Origin: a candidate division FCPU426 bacterium
GTDB taxonomy: Bacteria > Oederibacteriota > Muellerivitia > Muellerivitales > Muellerivitaceae
Direction: 5' to 3'
Assembly: GCA_963796105.1 (NCBI GenBank)
Contig: CAWCKJ010000003.1
Span: forward strand, 96,001 to 160,000
Length of the DNA stretch: 64,000 nucleotides
Shown here: positions 31,048-41,090 of the stretch, in pieces
Position numbering within the stretch: position 1 is the stretch's first letter
Layout of the letters: each line of letters starts with the position of its first letter
Made by a program: the position numbers and the translations under genes
The notes under the pieces: model-generated
What the model was told of the DNA's origin: nothing
Seen by the model: only the letters and a program-made list of their open reading frames with translations
Databases searched by the model: none

Positions 31048-33149
31048 TTTATTTTTTGCTCGCGGGCGGGGCCCTTTTTTGGACCGGGTTGGCCCTGACC
31101 GCCTCGGCCCCGGGCATCGTTGGCGGGGACGCCCCGGAGTTGACCAGCGCGGCCTTCCATTTGGGCTCGGCCCACGCGCCAGGCTACCCCCTCTACGTGG
31201 CCCTGGTGAGGATCTTCCTTCAGATGCCTCTCGGGACCCCCGCTTTTCGATCCACCTTTTTTTCCATCTTGGTCCAGGGCGCAGCTTTCGTCATTCTAGC
31301 CCATGCCCTCAAGAACCTGCCAGGAAGCCGGCTGAGGGAAGGAGAAAGATGGGGCCTGGCGTTCCTGATATCCTGCCTGGTCATGTCAGGCCCACTGGTT
31401 TTCCACCAGTTCCTAAGTCCCGAGGTGTTCGCTCTCCACTTTTTTTTCATCGCCCTATTCCTGCTCCTGGTTTTCAAAAAGGATTCACTCGGTTTTCTGG
31501 CCACCGCTTTTGTTTCGGGCGCGGCCCTCACCCACCAGCATTTGGCCCTGCTGGTTCTCCCGGCCTTATTGTGGAATTACCGCTCCTTCCTTGGAAGACC
31601 CAAGACCCTTCTTTACGGGATTTCGTTATTCCTGTTGGGACTATCGGTTTACCTTCTTCTCCCCCTGCGGGCTGTCCAGCATCCATTGGCAAATTGGGGG
31701 CATCCGGATAATTTCCGACAATTTCTCTACCATCTGGGAAGGACCCAATACGGCGGAGACATTACCGGCGGAAAATTCATGAACGGCCTCCAGCTTCTTT
31801 GGCTCTATCTCAAGGATTATTTCCGTGAAATATTGGGATTGGGACTGCCCCTGGTTCTACTAGGTCTCTGGATAGGTTACCGTAGATTTAGTGTTGCCTA
31901 TTGGATCGGGTTCTCAACCCAATTCCTGTTGCTTCCTTTCCTGATCCGGGCCCCGAATGATCCTGAGAATAATTTCGTCAACGGGGCTTTCCTCACCCCC
32001 GCCATTCTTTGGTTTTCCCCGCTCCTGTTCCTGGGATTGGAATGGGCCTATGAAAAGGCGGGGAAGTTCCGTTTTTGGGCGACAGCCCTTGTGGCCTTGC
32101 AGGTCCTCATCGGCGCCGGCATCACCTTCGGCGAGAAGGATTCCTCCAGGAATCTCGCGGTGGAGGACGTCGGGAGGGATATTTTCAGGCAGATGCCGAG
32201 ACGGTCTGTTCTCTACAGCGAGGGCGACGCCGTGACCTTTTCCCTGGCTTATTTAAACCTGGTCTTGGGCCTCAGGCCCGACCTGGATCTTTTCGACCGG
32301 ACGGGGGGGCTTTTCAAGGATCTGTACCAGCTTCTGGATTACCGGGGGAGTCCAAGCGTCACTTTGGATTACCTGGTCGGCAAGGAAAGGGCTTACGAGT
32401 CGATTCGGCAACCCGTGGACATCTATTACAGCGAATCCACCTATTCACCAGGCAGGGCCCTGACGATGACCGGTTTGCTTTTCAAGGTCACGGAGGGGAA
32501 TATGGGTTTGGGCCCGATGGACCTTTGGAACGGCTTCCGGCCTCCCCGGATAGAAAGGCGCCATGATTATTTCTCGAGGGAAACAGGGGCAAGGTACTTT
32601 CTTTTCAAAGCATCCTGGGACCTGGACCAGGCCAAGAACCAGGCTTATTATCAGGCGGACATGGACCGGCTCGGGGAACTGACCTTCGATAATTACAGGC
32701 TTCTCGTGAACGAGGGATTAGTCGAGAGCGGCCACGGTAGGACGGACCAGGCGGTGCTGGACTATGAGAAGGCCATCGAGATCACGCCGGATGCCTCCCT
32801 GGCCTGGGTTGACCTGGGCATTGTCGCACACAAACAGGGGCGCGTCGCGGATGCGGTGAGGTACTACCGAAAAGCCGTGGCCCTGGAGCCCTATAACGCT
32901 GTCTACCACATCCACTTGGGTTACGAGTATTACCAAAACGGACAAGCCCAGGAGGCCATCGGGGAATGGGAAACAACCAGGAGGATTGATCCCTCGAACC
33001 CCGAGGCCTATCACAACCTGGGCCTCATTTACATGAAGACCAATCCGGAATACGCCGCCCAGATGATCCGGCAATTCCTGGGTATATATCCGGGTGCGGG
33101 GGACCGACCTGCACTTGAGAAATGGCTCGCGGCTCAGCCCGCCCAGTAG
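31044..33149 (+). CDS. DUF2723 / TMEM260-like GT-C glycosyltransferase with C-terminal TPRs
   Basis: GDAPEL...LGSAHAPGYPLY signature, EVFALH, YLLLPLRA..P..NWG, GDAVTF; TPRs at the C-terminus; start overlaps tonB stop. Confidence 0.82.
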   Translation: MIYFLLAGGALFWTGLALTASAPGIVGGDAPELTSAAFHLGSAHAPGYPLYVALVRIFLQMPLGTPAFRSTFFSILVQGAAFVILAHALKNLPGSRLREGERWGLAFLISCLVMSGPLVFHQFLSPEVFALHFFFIALFLLLVFKKDSLGFLATAFVSGAALTHQHLALLVLPALLWNYRSFLGRPKTLLYGISLFLLGLSVYLLLPLRAVQHPLANWGHPDNFRQFLYHLGRTQYGGDITGGKFMNGLQLLWLYLKDYFREILGLGLPLVLLGLWIGYRRFSVAYWIGFSTQFLLLPFLIRAPNDPENNFVNGAFLTPAILWFSPLLFLGLEWAYEKAGKFRFWATALVALQVLIGAGITFGEKDSSRNLAVEDVGRDIFRQMPRRSVLYSEGDAVTFSLAYLNLVLGLRPDLDLFDRTGGLFKDLYQLLDYRGSPSVTLDYLVGKERAYESIRQPVDIYYSESTYSPGRALTMTGLLFKVTEGNMGLGPMDLWNGFRPPRIERRHDYFSRETGARYFLFKASWDLDQAKNQAYYQADMDRLGELTFDNYRLLVNEGLVESGHGRTDQAVLDYEKAIEITPDASLAWVDLGIVAHKQGRVADAVRYYRKAVALEPYNAVYHIHLGYEYYQNGQAQEAIGEWETTRRIDPSNPEAYHNLGLIYMKTNPEYAAQMIRQFLGIYPGAGDRPALEKWLAAQPAQ

Positions 33150-33257
33150 CTCATCGACCCCGGCGGATGCCGCGCTTAACCCCAGCGATTCCACCTGAAT
33201 CCGCTTTTCATAAGGCGCCATTGATTTCCGGCAATGGCCGCTTTAATCCTTGTTCTG

Positions 33258-33266
33258 TGTTAAAAT
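33258..33266 (+). promoter_or_regulatory. Putative extended -10 promoter element
   Basis: TGTTAAAAT about 30 nt upstream of ATG 33296, which has an AAGGA RBS. Confidence 0.35.
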
Positions 33267-33295
33267 AACCGCCTTCATCACAATTAAGGAACGAC

Positions 33296-34234
33296 ATGGC
33301 CCGGATCGCAGCGGTTTTCCCCAATGAAGGATCTCAATACGTGGGCATGGGCAAGGATTTTTACGCGAAATCCCTGACCGTGCGCAAATACTACGACGAC
33401 ACGGAGAAACTCCTGAGCTCGAAGATTGCGAAGGTTTGCTTCCTGGGGCCCAAGGAGGAACAGGACAAGATCCTGAACGCCCACCTGGCCACCTTCGTGA
33501 ATGAAGTGGCTTTTTTTGAGCCTATCGTGCAAAACCGCAGGAAACCCGAGCTTTTAACCGGTGTGGGCGTGGGGGAAGTGGCGGGCCTGGTTCTGGGGGA
33601 ATGCCTGCCCTTCATTAATGCCCTTCAGTTTGTGGTCAAGAGGATCCCGCTTTTGGAGGTTTTCGCTGCGAAACACGGCGGCGGCTCCATTTCCATCATG
33701 GGAATCACCCTGGAACAGCTCCAACCTCTTTTGGCCCGGGAGGAGGGGGAAATCACCATCACGCATTATCTCGCCCCGGATACTTTCATCGTATGGGGGC
33801 CCAAGGATGCCGTAGGCTCCCTCCAGGCTGAATTGCAGGGGGTAAAGGGTCTCAAGACCAATCCACAGCCTTCCAGGGGTCCGCTCTTTACCCCTCTTGC
33901 CTCTGAGCTTGAAGCCGGCTTGGGGAAACTGCTGGAGGAGTGCCTGGGTGACGTGAAGCTGAAGAATCCCAAAATCGCCTTCGTGTCCTGCGGGGACGGG
34001 GAAAGGATCGGAACCCCGGAAAACGTAAGGGATGTCCTGGTCAAGCAATATTCAAGGCCGGTCCAATGGGTCCAAACGGTAAAAGCCGTCATTTTCCAAG
34101 GGTTTCGGAGCTGGGTGGAGGTGGGCCCGGGCCGGACCTATGTCTCCATGGTGAAGAAAATCGACGTGGATACCCGCATCACCAACGTGGAGGATATGAA
34201 GAGCCTATCCCTCATGGTGAAGTTGACGGGATAA
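33296..34234 (+). CDS. FabD (malonyl-CoA:ACP transacylase)-like protein with degenerate active site
   Basis: FPNEGSQYVGMG, Q...PVQW, EVGPG retained; GHSLG replaced by GVGVG; AFH replaced by PLF. Confidence 0.75.
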   Translation: MARIAAVFPNEGSQYVGMGKDFYAKSLTVRKYYDDTEKLLSSKIAKVCFLGPKEEQDKILNAHLATFVNEVAFFEPIVQNRRKPELLTGVGVGEVAGLVLGECLPFINALQFVVKRIPLLEVFAAKHGGGSISIMGITLEQLQPLLAREEGEITITHYLAPDTFIVWGPKDAVGSLQAELQGVKGLKTNPQPSRGPLFTPLASELEAGLGKLLEECLGDVKLKNPKIAFVSCGDGERIGTPENVRDVLVKQYSRPVQWVQTVKAVIFQGFRSWVEVGPGRTYVSMVKKIDVDTRITNVEDMKSLSLMVKLTG

Positions 34235-34239
34235 CGAAA

Positions 34240-34716
34240 ATGAAATTATTAGCGGGACTCATCCTACTCTTCTCCTCCGCCCTCGCGGTTTACGGGAAAG
34301 ACAACACTGACCTGGCCGCCCAGAACCAAATGGGAAACCAGATCAACCTTCCCTCGATGATTACCAGCCCGACGGAAACGCCCACTCCGGTGGTTCATAG
34401 GACTCCCGTGGTCACGAAACCCGGAATCAGCGTCATTCCTAACCCCGCCCGAGGAAAAAAATTGTCTTTCCGGATCATGGCCCCTTCCCTGAGCAAGGCC
34501 TATATCCGCGTTTACGACCGCAATTTCGACCCCGTGACTGTTTTGGTGCAGGAAGGGGAGCAGCTTTTCGACGTGATGTGGAACCTCCAAAAGGTGCCGG
34601 AAGGCCCCTACTATTACCAGGCCCAGCTGGATGAGAAGCGCGGCGGCAAGGTCACCAAATTCCAGATGCAAAAATTCGCCGTGATCAAAGACGAGGATCC
34701 GGAGGAAAAACCATGA
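34240..34716 (+). CDS. Small secreted protein: Thr/Pro linker plus CTD-like Ig domain
   Basis: Signal peptide from ATG 34240; PTETPTP; PNPARG...IRVYD...WNL...GPYYY...KFAVIK. Confidence 0.65.
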   Translation: MKLLAGLILLFSSALAVYGKDNTDLAAQNQMGNQINLPSMITSPTETPTPVVHRTPVVTKPGISVIPNPARGKKLSFRIMAPSLSKAYIRVYDRNFDPVTVLVQEGEQLFDVMWNLQKVPEGPYYYQAQLDEKRGGKVTKFQMQKFAVIKDEDPEEKP

Positions 34717-36143
34717 CCCTTCCCGAGGTCCTGATCGTTGGACGGCCCAATGTTGGAAAATCCACCCTTTTCAACCGTTTGATCGGCAGAAACATCGCCC
34801 TGGTGGACGGACAGCCCGGGTCCACCCGCGACCTGAAGAGCATGGAGGCTGAGTGGAACGGTACGTCCTTCCTTTTGACCGATTCCGGAGGTTGGGTCCC
34901 GGGAGAGAAGGAATCCATCGCGGCGAAAGTGGGGGCCATGCTGGAGATTAAAATCCGCCAGGCCACGGCCCTCTTGCTGGTGGTGGACGGCTCGGAGGGA
35001 TTGACCCAGCCGGATGAAATCATCGTGCGGCACCTGAGAGAACTCAACCTTCCGACATGGCTGCTGGTCAATAAGGCCGACCAATTCGAGAAGTGGGACG
35101 AGACCCTTTCGGATTTCAGGCGTTTGGGATTCGAGAATTGTTTCCCCCTTTCCGCTTCCCATGGTATTGGACTCGACGATTTCCTTGACAGCCTGGTGGA
35201 TTTCCTGAAACGGGAAAATTTACCTGAAAAGGACGAAAAGGAAGAGAAAAAGCCCCTCAAACTCGCCTTCCTAGGGAAACCCAATGTCGGCAAATCCTCC
35301 CTGGTGAACGCACTCTTGGGTGAGAATAAACTGCTCGTGGACGACCTGCCAGGAACGACCCATGACGCGATTCCCCTCATCCTGGAAGTCGGGAACGACC
35401 CCCTGGTCCTAGTGGATACCGCGGGAATCAGGGCCACCCAAAGGCAGGACAGCCGCATCGAGGAACTCAGCGTCCAACAGACGCTTTATGAGCTTCAAAC
35501 CTGCCAGGTGGCGCTGTTTCTCCTGGATGGGGAAAAGGGGATCACCCACCAGGACGTCTCCATCGCCCGGATCCTCCAGCAGGCTTTCCGCCCCGTGGTC
35601 ATCCTGATCAACAAATGGGACATCCACCCCAAGGGAGCGGAACAGGCCAGGGCCGAGAGAATCACCCACAGGGAGCTGAGGACGATCCAATTCGCCCCCA
35701 TCCTTTTCATCTCGGCGAAAAACGGACAAGGATTGGACAGGATCCTGCCCTTGGCCTCCGCCGTATATGAGGAAAGCCTCAAGAAAGTACCCACGGCCCA
35801 GGTCAACAACGCCTTCCAGGACGCGGTGGCCAAGCAACAGCCGCCCTTCAAGAAGGGAAACCAGGTGAGGTTCTTTTACGGGTACCAGCGCCAGGGACAT
35901 CCCCCAGCTTTCGAGGTTTTCGTGAGCCATCCGGAGAGTATCACTCCCTCCTACCTCCGCTATCTGGAGGTGGAACTGCGCAAGTCGGTGGGAATGGAAT
36001 CGACTCCCTTGCAGATCGTTTTGAAGGCGAAAAGCGACAAGCACGGTTTCAAGAAACCTTCCTACAAAAGGAATTTCGACCCGAATGTCTCCCGCAGGAA
36101 AAAAAGGCTCGCGGGAGAAAGGAAAAAAAAGGAAAAACGATGA
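34713..36143 (+). CDS. der: Ribosome biogenesis GTPase Der
   Basis: Two G domains (GRPNVGKS/DSGG/NKAD and GKPNVGKS/DTAG/NKWD) plus KH-like end; der-plsY-gpsA synteny. Confidence 0.95.
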   Translation: MTLPEVLIVGRPNVGKSTLFNRLIGRNIALVDGQPGSTRDLKSMEAEWNGTSFLLTDSGGWVPGEKESIAAKVGAMLEIKIRQATALLLVVDGSEGLTQPDEIIVRHLRELNLPTWLLVNKADQFEKWDETLSDFRRLGFENCFPLSASHGIGLDDFLDSLVDFLKRENLPEKDEKEEKKPLKLAFLGKPNVGKSSLVNALLGENKLLVDDLPGTTHDAIPLILEVGNDPLVLVDTAGIRATQRQDSRIEELSVQQTLYELQTCQVALFLLDGEKGITHQDVSIARILQQAFRPVVILINKWDIHPKGAEQARAERITHRELRTIQFAPILFISAKNGQGLDRILPLASAVYEESLKKVPTAQVNNAFQDAVAKQQPPFKKGNQVRFFYGYQRQGHPPAFEVFVSHPESITPSYLRYLEVELRKSVGMESTPLQIVLKAKSDKHGFKKPSYKRNFDPNVSRRKKRLAGERKKKEKR

Positions 36144-36748
36144 GTTTACTTCTTTCCTTATTTGGCTCCTATTTGTTGGGTTCCATTCCGTTCGGTTTCT
36201 TGGCGGTGAAACTCGCCAAGGGCATCGACGTCCGGACCCAGGGGAGCGGGAACATCGGAATGACCAACGTATGGAGAGTGGCTGGCGCGCCTTGGGGAAT
36301 CTTGACCCTGCTCCTGGACGCCTCCAAGGGAGTACTGGCAGTCTGGCTGGGGCGTCATTTCATCCCCCAAAGCGAAATGGGTGGCGTCCTTTGCGGCCTA
36401 TTAGCGTTGGTTGGAAATGTTTTCAGCCTATTCATGAAATTTAAAGGCGGTAAAGGGGTCGGGGTGAGCGTCGGTGTTTTTTTCAGCCTACTGCCCCTGG
36501 AAAGCGCCTTCGGCACGGCTGTATTCCTGTTGGCGCTTTTAATCTGGAGGATGATTTCAGCCGGAAGCCTCCTGGGGTTCACCGCAATGACCCTTTTGAC
36601 TTTTTATTTTCAAAGGGGTTTGACTTGGTTGTCCGGATTGGCTTTGACCGGAGCTTTGGTTGTTTGGTGGTCCCACCGCCAAAATATACGCCGCCTTTTA
36701 AACGGTACCGAGAGTAAAATAAGCGGAAAACATAAGGGGAGAACTTGA
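36140..36748 (+). CDS. plsY: Glycerol-3-phosphate acyltransferase PlsY
   Basis: YLLGSIPFG, GSGNIGMTN, DASKG, FKGGKGV, HRQNIRRL. Confidence 0.95.
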   Translation: MSLLLSLFGSYLLGSIPFGFLAVKLAKGIDVRTQGSGNIGMTNVWRVAGAPWGILTLLLDASKGVLAVWLGRHFIPQSEMGGVLCGLLALVGNVFSLFMKFKGGKGVGVSVGVFFSLLPLESAFGTAVFLLALLIWRMISAGSLLGFTAMTLLTFYFQRGLTWLSGLALTGALVVWWSHRQNIRRLLNGTESKISGKHKGRT

Positions 36749-36752
36749 CCCA

Positions 36753-37748
36753 ATGAGAATAGGCATATTAGGAAGCGGAAGCTGGGGAACGGCATTGGCT
36801 TCGCTCCTGCAAAAATCCGGTCATGAGGTGAACCTCTGGGCCTTCGATCCCCGGGAGTTCCAAACCCTCATTGATACAAGGGAAAATCCGCTCCTCCCTG
36901 GCGTGCTTTTGAGCCCGCGAATCAACATTACTCATCATCTCATGGATGCTTTAAAGGGCCGGGAGGGAATTGTCGTAGCAGTGCCTTCCCACGCCGTCCG
37001 GGCGACGGCTGTTCAGGCGGCCTTGAATTGGCCTCATTCGGGTTGGGCGGTTTGCGTGAGCAAAGGCCTCGAAATGGATTCCAGGTTGACGTTAAGCCAG
37101 GTTCTTCGCCAGTCCCTTCCGCCTGGAACGCCCATCGGAGTTTTATCCGGACCAAGCCACGCTGAGGAGGTTTCCGTTGAAATGCCGACGACCGTCGTGA
37201 CAGCCTCACCTGACCCCCGGCTTGCCGAGAAGATACAACAAGCCTTCCACACGGATTATTTCCGGGTCTATACCTCCCAGGATATCCTCGGCGTGGAATT
37301 GGGCGGTTCCCTCAAGAACGTCATCGCGATCGCGGCCGGAGTCCTGGATGGGATGGGATTGGGAGACAACACCAAGGCGGCCCTGATGACTAGGGGCCTT
37401 TATGAAATTACCAAGGTCGGGGTCGCGCTGGGCGCCAAGGCCCAGACTTTCGCGGGCCTCGCCGGTATGGGGGATTTAATTGTCACCTGCATCAGTCGGC
37501 ACAGCCGTAACCGATTCTTGGGAGAGAAAATCGGGAAGGGAATTCCCCCAACCCAGGCCATGCGGGAGATGACGATGGTCGCGGAGGGCGTCAATACCTC
37601 CAAGGCCGCCTTGGAAATCGCGCGGGAATTGGAAGTGGAAGTCCCCATTACTCGGGAGGTATACCAGGTCCTTTTCGAGGATAAACCGGTCCGCGAGGCC
37701 ATCTCCAGCCTCCTGACGAGGTCGGCCAAGCCGGAGAGCCTGATTTAA
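36753..37748 (+). CDS. gpsA: NAD(P)H-dependent glycerol-3-phosphate dehydrogenase
   Basis: GSGSWGTAL, SKGLE, LSGPSHAEEV, KNVIAIAAG, GDLIVTC.S.HSRN. Confidence 0.96.
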   Translation: MRIGILGSGSWGTALASLLQKSGHEVNLWAFDPREFQTLIDTRENPLLPGVLLSPRINITHHLMDALKGREGIVVAVPSHAVRATAVQAALNWPHSGWAVCVSKGLEMDSRLTLSQVLRQSLPPGTPIGVLSGPSHAEEVSVEMPTTVVTASPDPRLAEKIQQAFHTDYFRVYTSQDILGVELGGSLKNVIAIAAGVLDGMGLGDNTKAALMTRGLYEITKVGVALGAKAQTFAGLAGMGDLIVTCISRHSRNRFLGEKIGKGIPPTQAMREMTMVAEGVNTSKAALEIARELEVEVPITREVYQVLFEDKPVREAISSLLTRSAKPESLI

Positions 37749-37756
37749 GGAAAAAC

Positions 37757-38047
37757 ATGAAACGCAAAGATATCCTGAAGCAGCTGACCCGCTTGGGTTT
37801 GACCAAACACCAAGCCCAAAAGGCCGTCGATGGTTTTTTCCGGTCCATCACGGACGCCTTGCGGGAGGGGAAAAAAGTTTCTATAGTGGGTTTAGGCAGC
37901 TGGGAATGGAAAAGACGGCCGGCCCGGCCGGCCCGAAATCCCAGGACTGGAAAGGTAGTCCAGCTCAAGGAACGTAAAACGCTTGTTTTCAAGCCCAGTC
38001 AATTGATCAAGAATAAGTTGAACGCCCGTCCAGAACCGCGAAAATAA
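37757..38047 (+). CDS. HU/IHF-family DNA-binding protein (IhfA-like by synteny)
   Basis: ARNPRTG...FKPS; IHF-MerR-tRNA-Pro arrangement. Confidence 0.9.
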   Translation: MKRKDILKQLTRLGLTKHQAQKAVDGFFRSITDALREGKKVSIVGLGSWEWKRRPARPARNPRTGKVVQLKERKTLVFKPSQLIKNKLNARPEPRK

Positions 38048-38063
38048 ACCCGGAGGATCCTGC

Positions 38064-38555
38064 TTGGACGAAAAGCTTTTTTATACCATCGGGGAAGTTT
38101 CCAAATACGTTGACGTCAAGCCCTATGTCCTCCGCTATTGGGAAACGGAATTCCGGAAGCTGAACCCCCAAAAATCGGTCACGGGCCAGAGGACCTATCG
38201 AAAAAAAGACATCCAGATGGCCCTGACTATCCGGCGGCTGCTTTACGAGGAAAAATACACCATTGCGGGAGCTATTCAAAAACTCGAGGAGCTTGAAAAT
38301 GAGGGTTTGGATTCCTTTATCCCCCCCGTGGATGAAACGCGCCAAGTTGAAGAGGCTGGCTCCGAGGCGGCCGGGGTTTCAGTGGAAGAAAAAACCATTC
38401 CGGGGGAAGCCGAAAAAGCGGGAATAACACTTGAAGAAGCCAAAGGCGAAGCGGTAAAACCGCGTGGGTCCGCCCGGCCTCCGGAAAAAATAAGGGAACT
38501 ATTCACGCTGATCGCCGAGACGAAAAGCATCCTGGAAAAATATCCGGCGCTCTGA
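38064..38555 (+). CDS. MerR-family HTH regulator
   Basis: FYTIGEVS...VLRYWETEF...GQRTY...[12 protein letters not shown]. Confidence 0.9.
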   Translation: MDEKLFYTIGEVSKYVDVKPYVLRYWETEFRKLNPQKSVTGQRTYRKKDIQMALTIRRLLYEEKYTIAGAIQKLEELENEGLDSFIPPVDETRQVEEAGSEAAGVSVEEKTIPGEAEKAGITLEEAKGEAVKPRGSARPPEKIRELFTLIAETKSILEKYPAL

Positions 38556-38718
38556 GTTTTCCTGCGAATAACACCCTTTTTCTTGAAGAAGGTTATTTTT
38601 GGGCCTATAGTATGCATCCCATCGGGGGTAGTGGTTTCTTTTCCCTTTTTGGGCTAAAAATCCGCCGTTTTGGGGTTAGGGACCAAGAAGATGTGTTCGT
38701 CCCGGGGGTATCTTTGGG

Positions 38719-38795
<77 letters not shown>

Positions 38796-38839
38796 GGATA
38801 TCGAGGTTAGTTCACTCTAAAAGATTTTTGGTCGGTTAT

Positions 38840-38916
38840 CGGGGCGTGGCGCAGCTCGGTAGCGCAGTTGCATGGGGTGCAAAAGGTCGCAGGTTCAAAT
38901 CCTGCCGCCCCGACCA
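38840..38916 (+). tRNA. tRNA-Pro (GGG)
   Basis: CGGGGCG/CGCCCCG acceptor stem; anticodon loop ATGGGGT; TTCAAAT T-loop; ACCA end. Confidence 0.93.
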
Positions 38917-39081
38917 TTTTTTTCAAGTGAGTTTTATTCATTTTTTTAGTCGTCCCTAGTATTCAATTCTTCTCCAAAACCGCAATTCCGGCCATTTATT
39001 CTTAATGAGTCAAAAATAATCCATCCCCGTTCAAAAAACTGACAAAACAAGCTCGCTTTTTGCATTCAAAGGAGTCGATTC

Positions 39082-39357
39082 ATGGTGAAAGGACTTTCGG
39101 CGATCGCCCATGGAAGGGTCCAGGGGGTTGGTTTCCGTTATTTCGTGAAAACAATGGCGGATAAGCTCGGTTTAATGGGATGGGTTCGTAATTCAGTGAA
39201 TGGGACGGTTGAGGTCCTAGTGGTTGGAAACCCGCCTGATTTGGAACGTTTTTTGCATGAAATAGAAAGGGGGCCTGTGGGTAGTTGGGTGGAAAAGGTG
39301 GATTATCAATGGATTGTGGAACCCCCGATTTTAAGGAGTTTTAACATTAAGGATTGA
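39082..39357 (+). CDS. acyP: Acylphosphatase
   Basis: GRVQGVGFR and GWVRN...GTVE. Confidence 0.93.
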   Translation: MVKGLSAIAHGRVQGVGFRYFVKTMADKLGLMGWVRNSVNGTVEVLVVGNPPDLERFLHEIERGPVGSWVEKVDYQWIVEPPILRSFNIKD

Positions 39358-39359
39358 AA

Positions 39360-40331
39360 ATGGCTAAAAAAAATAAATTAAAACTCAACCTCAAATCCAA
39401 TTCCCGGAAAATTCGTAATTCCCCCCTAGTCCCAGCCGCTGAAAGATCCATCAAAAAACAAGCCCTGGTTTTCAAGAGCGAGAGAGTCACCACCGACAGC
39501 CTCAAACTCTATTTCCGGGAAATATCCAAAGTCCCCCTGTTGAATGCGAGCGAGGAAGTGTTTCTCGCCAAACGCATTGAAAAGGGCGACATGAAAGCCA
39601 AACAGAAACTTATCGCCTCGAATTTGCGCCTAGTTATCAACGTGGCCAAAAGGTACATGAACCAAGGGCTGGCTTTCCAGGATCTCATCGAGGAGGGAAA
39701 CCTGGGCTTGATCAAGGCCAGCGAGAAATTTTCCTGGCGGCGGGGATTCAAGTTCAGCACCTACGCGACCTGGTGGATCCGTCAGGCTATCACCCGCGCC
39801 CTTTCCAACCACTCCAGGACCGTCCGGGTCCCGGTCCACGTATCCGAGGACATCAATCGTTTCAGCCGAATCTCAAGGGATCTCATCCGTAAATTGGGAA
39901 GGGACCCCAGCCTCCTGGAACTCTCCAAAGCCGCCAAGCTTAAATTCGACAAGATCCATAAACTGCAGACAATGGGTTTAAGGGACATATCACTTGATGT
40001 CCCGGTGGGGGATGAGTCCAATTCCAAGTCTGTCGGTGATTTCATTGAGGATCGGTCCAACAACAGTCCTGCCCAGAACGTCTTCGACCAGCTTCGGAGC
40101 GAGAAACTAAAGAGGCTGATCCAGACCCTCAATGAAAAGGAACAAATGGTTATCCTGATGCGTTTCGGCTTTGACCGGGACCAGCCGAAAACGCTGGAGG
40201 AAACCGGGAATATCCTTGGGGTCACCCGGGAACGCATCCGTCAAATAGAGGAAAAAGCCCTGCAAAAAATCCGTGTTCTGATGAAATCCCAAAACCAAGA
40301 ATATCGTGAACTTTTGGACGAATTTGTGTAA
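39360..40331 (+). CDS. Group-2 (RpoS-like) sigma-70 factor
   Basis: [10 protein letters not shown] (region 1.2), [32 protein letters not shown]...TRERIRQIE; no region 1.1. Confidence 0.9.
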   Translation: MAKKNKLKLNLKSNSRKIRNSPLVPAAERSIKKQALVFKSERVTTDSLKLYFREISKVPLLNASEEVFLAKRIEKGDMKAKQKLIASNLRLVINVAKRYMNQGLAFQDLIEEGNLGLIKASEKFSWRRGFKFSTYATWWIRQAITRALSNHSRTVRVPVHVSEDINRFSRISRDLIRKLGRDPSLLELSKAAKLKFDKIHKLQTMGLRDISLDVPVGDESNSKSVGDFIEDRSNNSPAQNVFDQLRSEKLKRLIQTLNEKEQMVILMRFGFDRDQPKTLEETGNILGVTRERIRQIEEKALQKIRVLMKSQNQEYRELLDEFV

Positions 40332-40401
40332 TATTGGTCCCCGGTTAGCCTTTCCCGCCTTAAAATCATAAATAAATTAAAAACTTAGGAAAAGGTGTGT
40401 T

Positions 40402-40914
40402 ATGGAACTGAAGAATTTTATCCGGGATATCCCTGATTACCCCAAGAAGGGGATCGTGTTCAAGGACATTACTCCCTTGCTGGGCGATCCCAAAGCGTTC
40501 CAATATTCCATCGAACAAATGGCAGAGCGTTATCAGGGAGCCGATATCAAGACAGTCGTAGCCATGGAATCGAGGGGATTCATTTTCGGAGGCGCCTTGG
40601 CGGACAAGCTGGGGGCGGGATTCGTGCCGGTCCGCAAGCCTAAGAAACTTCCCTGGAAGACCTACCAGGAAACCTATCAATTGGAATATGGGACGGACAC
40701 CCTGGAAATGCACCAGGACGCCGTTTCCGCCGGGGACAGGGTCTTAATCACGGATGACGTCCTTGCGACCGGAGGGACCGCGGCCGCAGCCATTCGGCTT
40801 GTGGAAAAAGCCGGGGGAAAGGTGGTAGAGGCCTGTTTTCTCATCCACCTGGGTTTCCTAAACGGACAGCAAAAATTGAAAAGCATACCCTTCTTTTCTA
40901 TAATCCAGTACTGA
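40402..40914 (+). CDS. apt: Adenine phosphoribosyltransferase
   Basis: PKKGIVFKDITPLL, ESRGF, LEYG, DDVLATGGT. Confidence 0.96.
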   Translation: MELKNFIRDIPDYPKKGIVFKDITPLLGDPKAFQYSIEQMAERYQGADIKTVVAMESRGFIFGGALADKLGAGFVPVRKPKKLPWKTYQETYQLEYGTDTLEMHQDAVSAGDRVLITDDVLATGGTAAAAIRLVEKAGGKVVEACFLIHLGFLNGQQKLKSIPFFSIIQY

Positions 40915-40948
40915 TCCCGTTTTTCCTCCCCTAGGGGTAGAGGCGGAC

Positions 40949-41025
40949 GCCCTCGTAGCTCAGTTGGATAGAGCGACCCTTTCCTAAAGGGTAGGTCACG
41001 CGTTCGATTCGCGTCGAGGGTACCA
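40949..41025 (+). tRNA. tRNA-Arg (CCT)
   Basis: GCCCTCG/CGAGGGT acceptor stem; anticodon arm ACCCT-TTCCTAA-AGGGT; TTCGATT T-loop; ACCA end. Confidence 0.95.
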
Positions 41026-41031
41026 TCGGAT

Positions 41032-41064
41032 GAGGCCTTCCCGGAAGGGAAGGCTTCGTTTTTT
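41032..41064 (+). terminator. Intrinsic terminator after tRNA-Arg
   Basis: GAGGCCTTCCC-GGAA-GGGAAGGCTTC followed by GTTTTTT. Confidence 0.85.
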
Positions 41065-41090
41065 ACATCATTTCATTTGAAAGGCGATTT

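Noticed and set aside
41032..41064. SRP RNA (CCGGAAGG-like loop)
   Set aside because: A simple hairpin plus U-tract directly after tRNA-Arg, without the SRP internal loops; it is a terminator.
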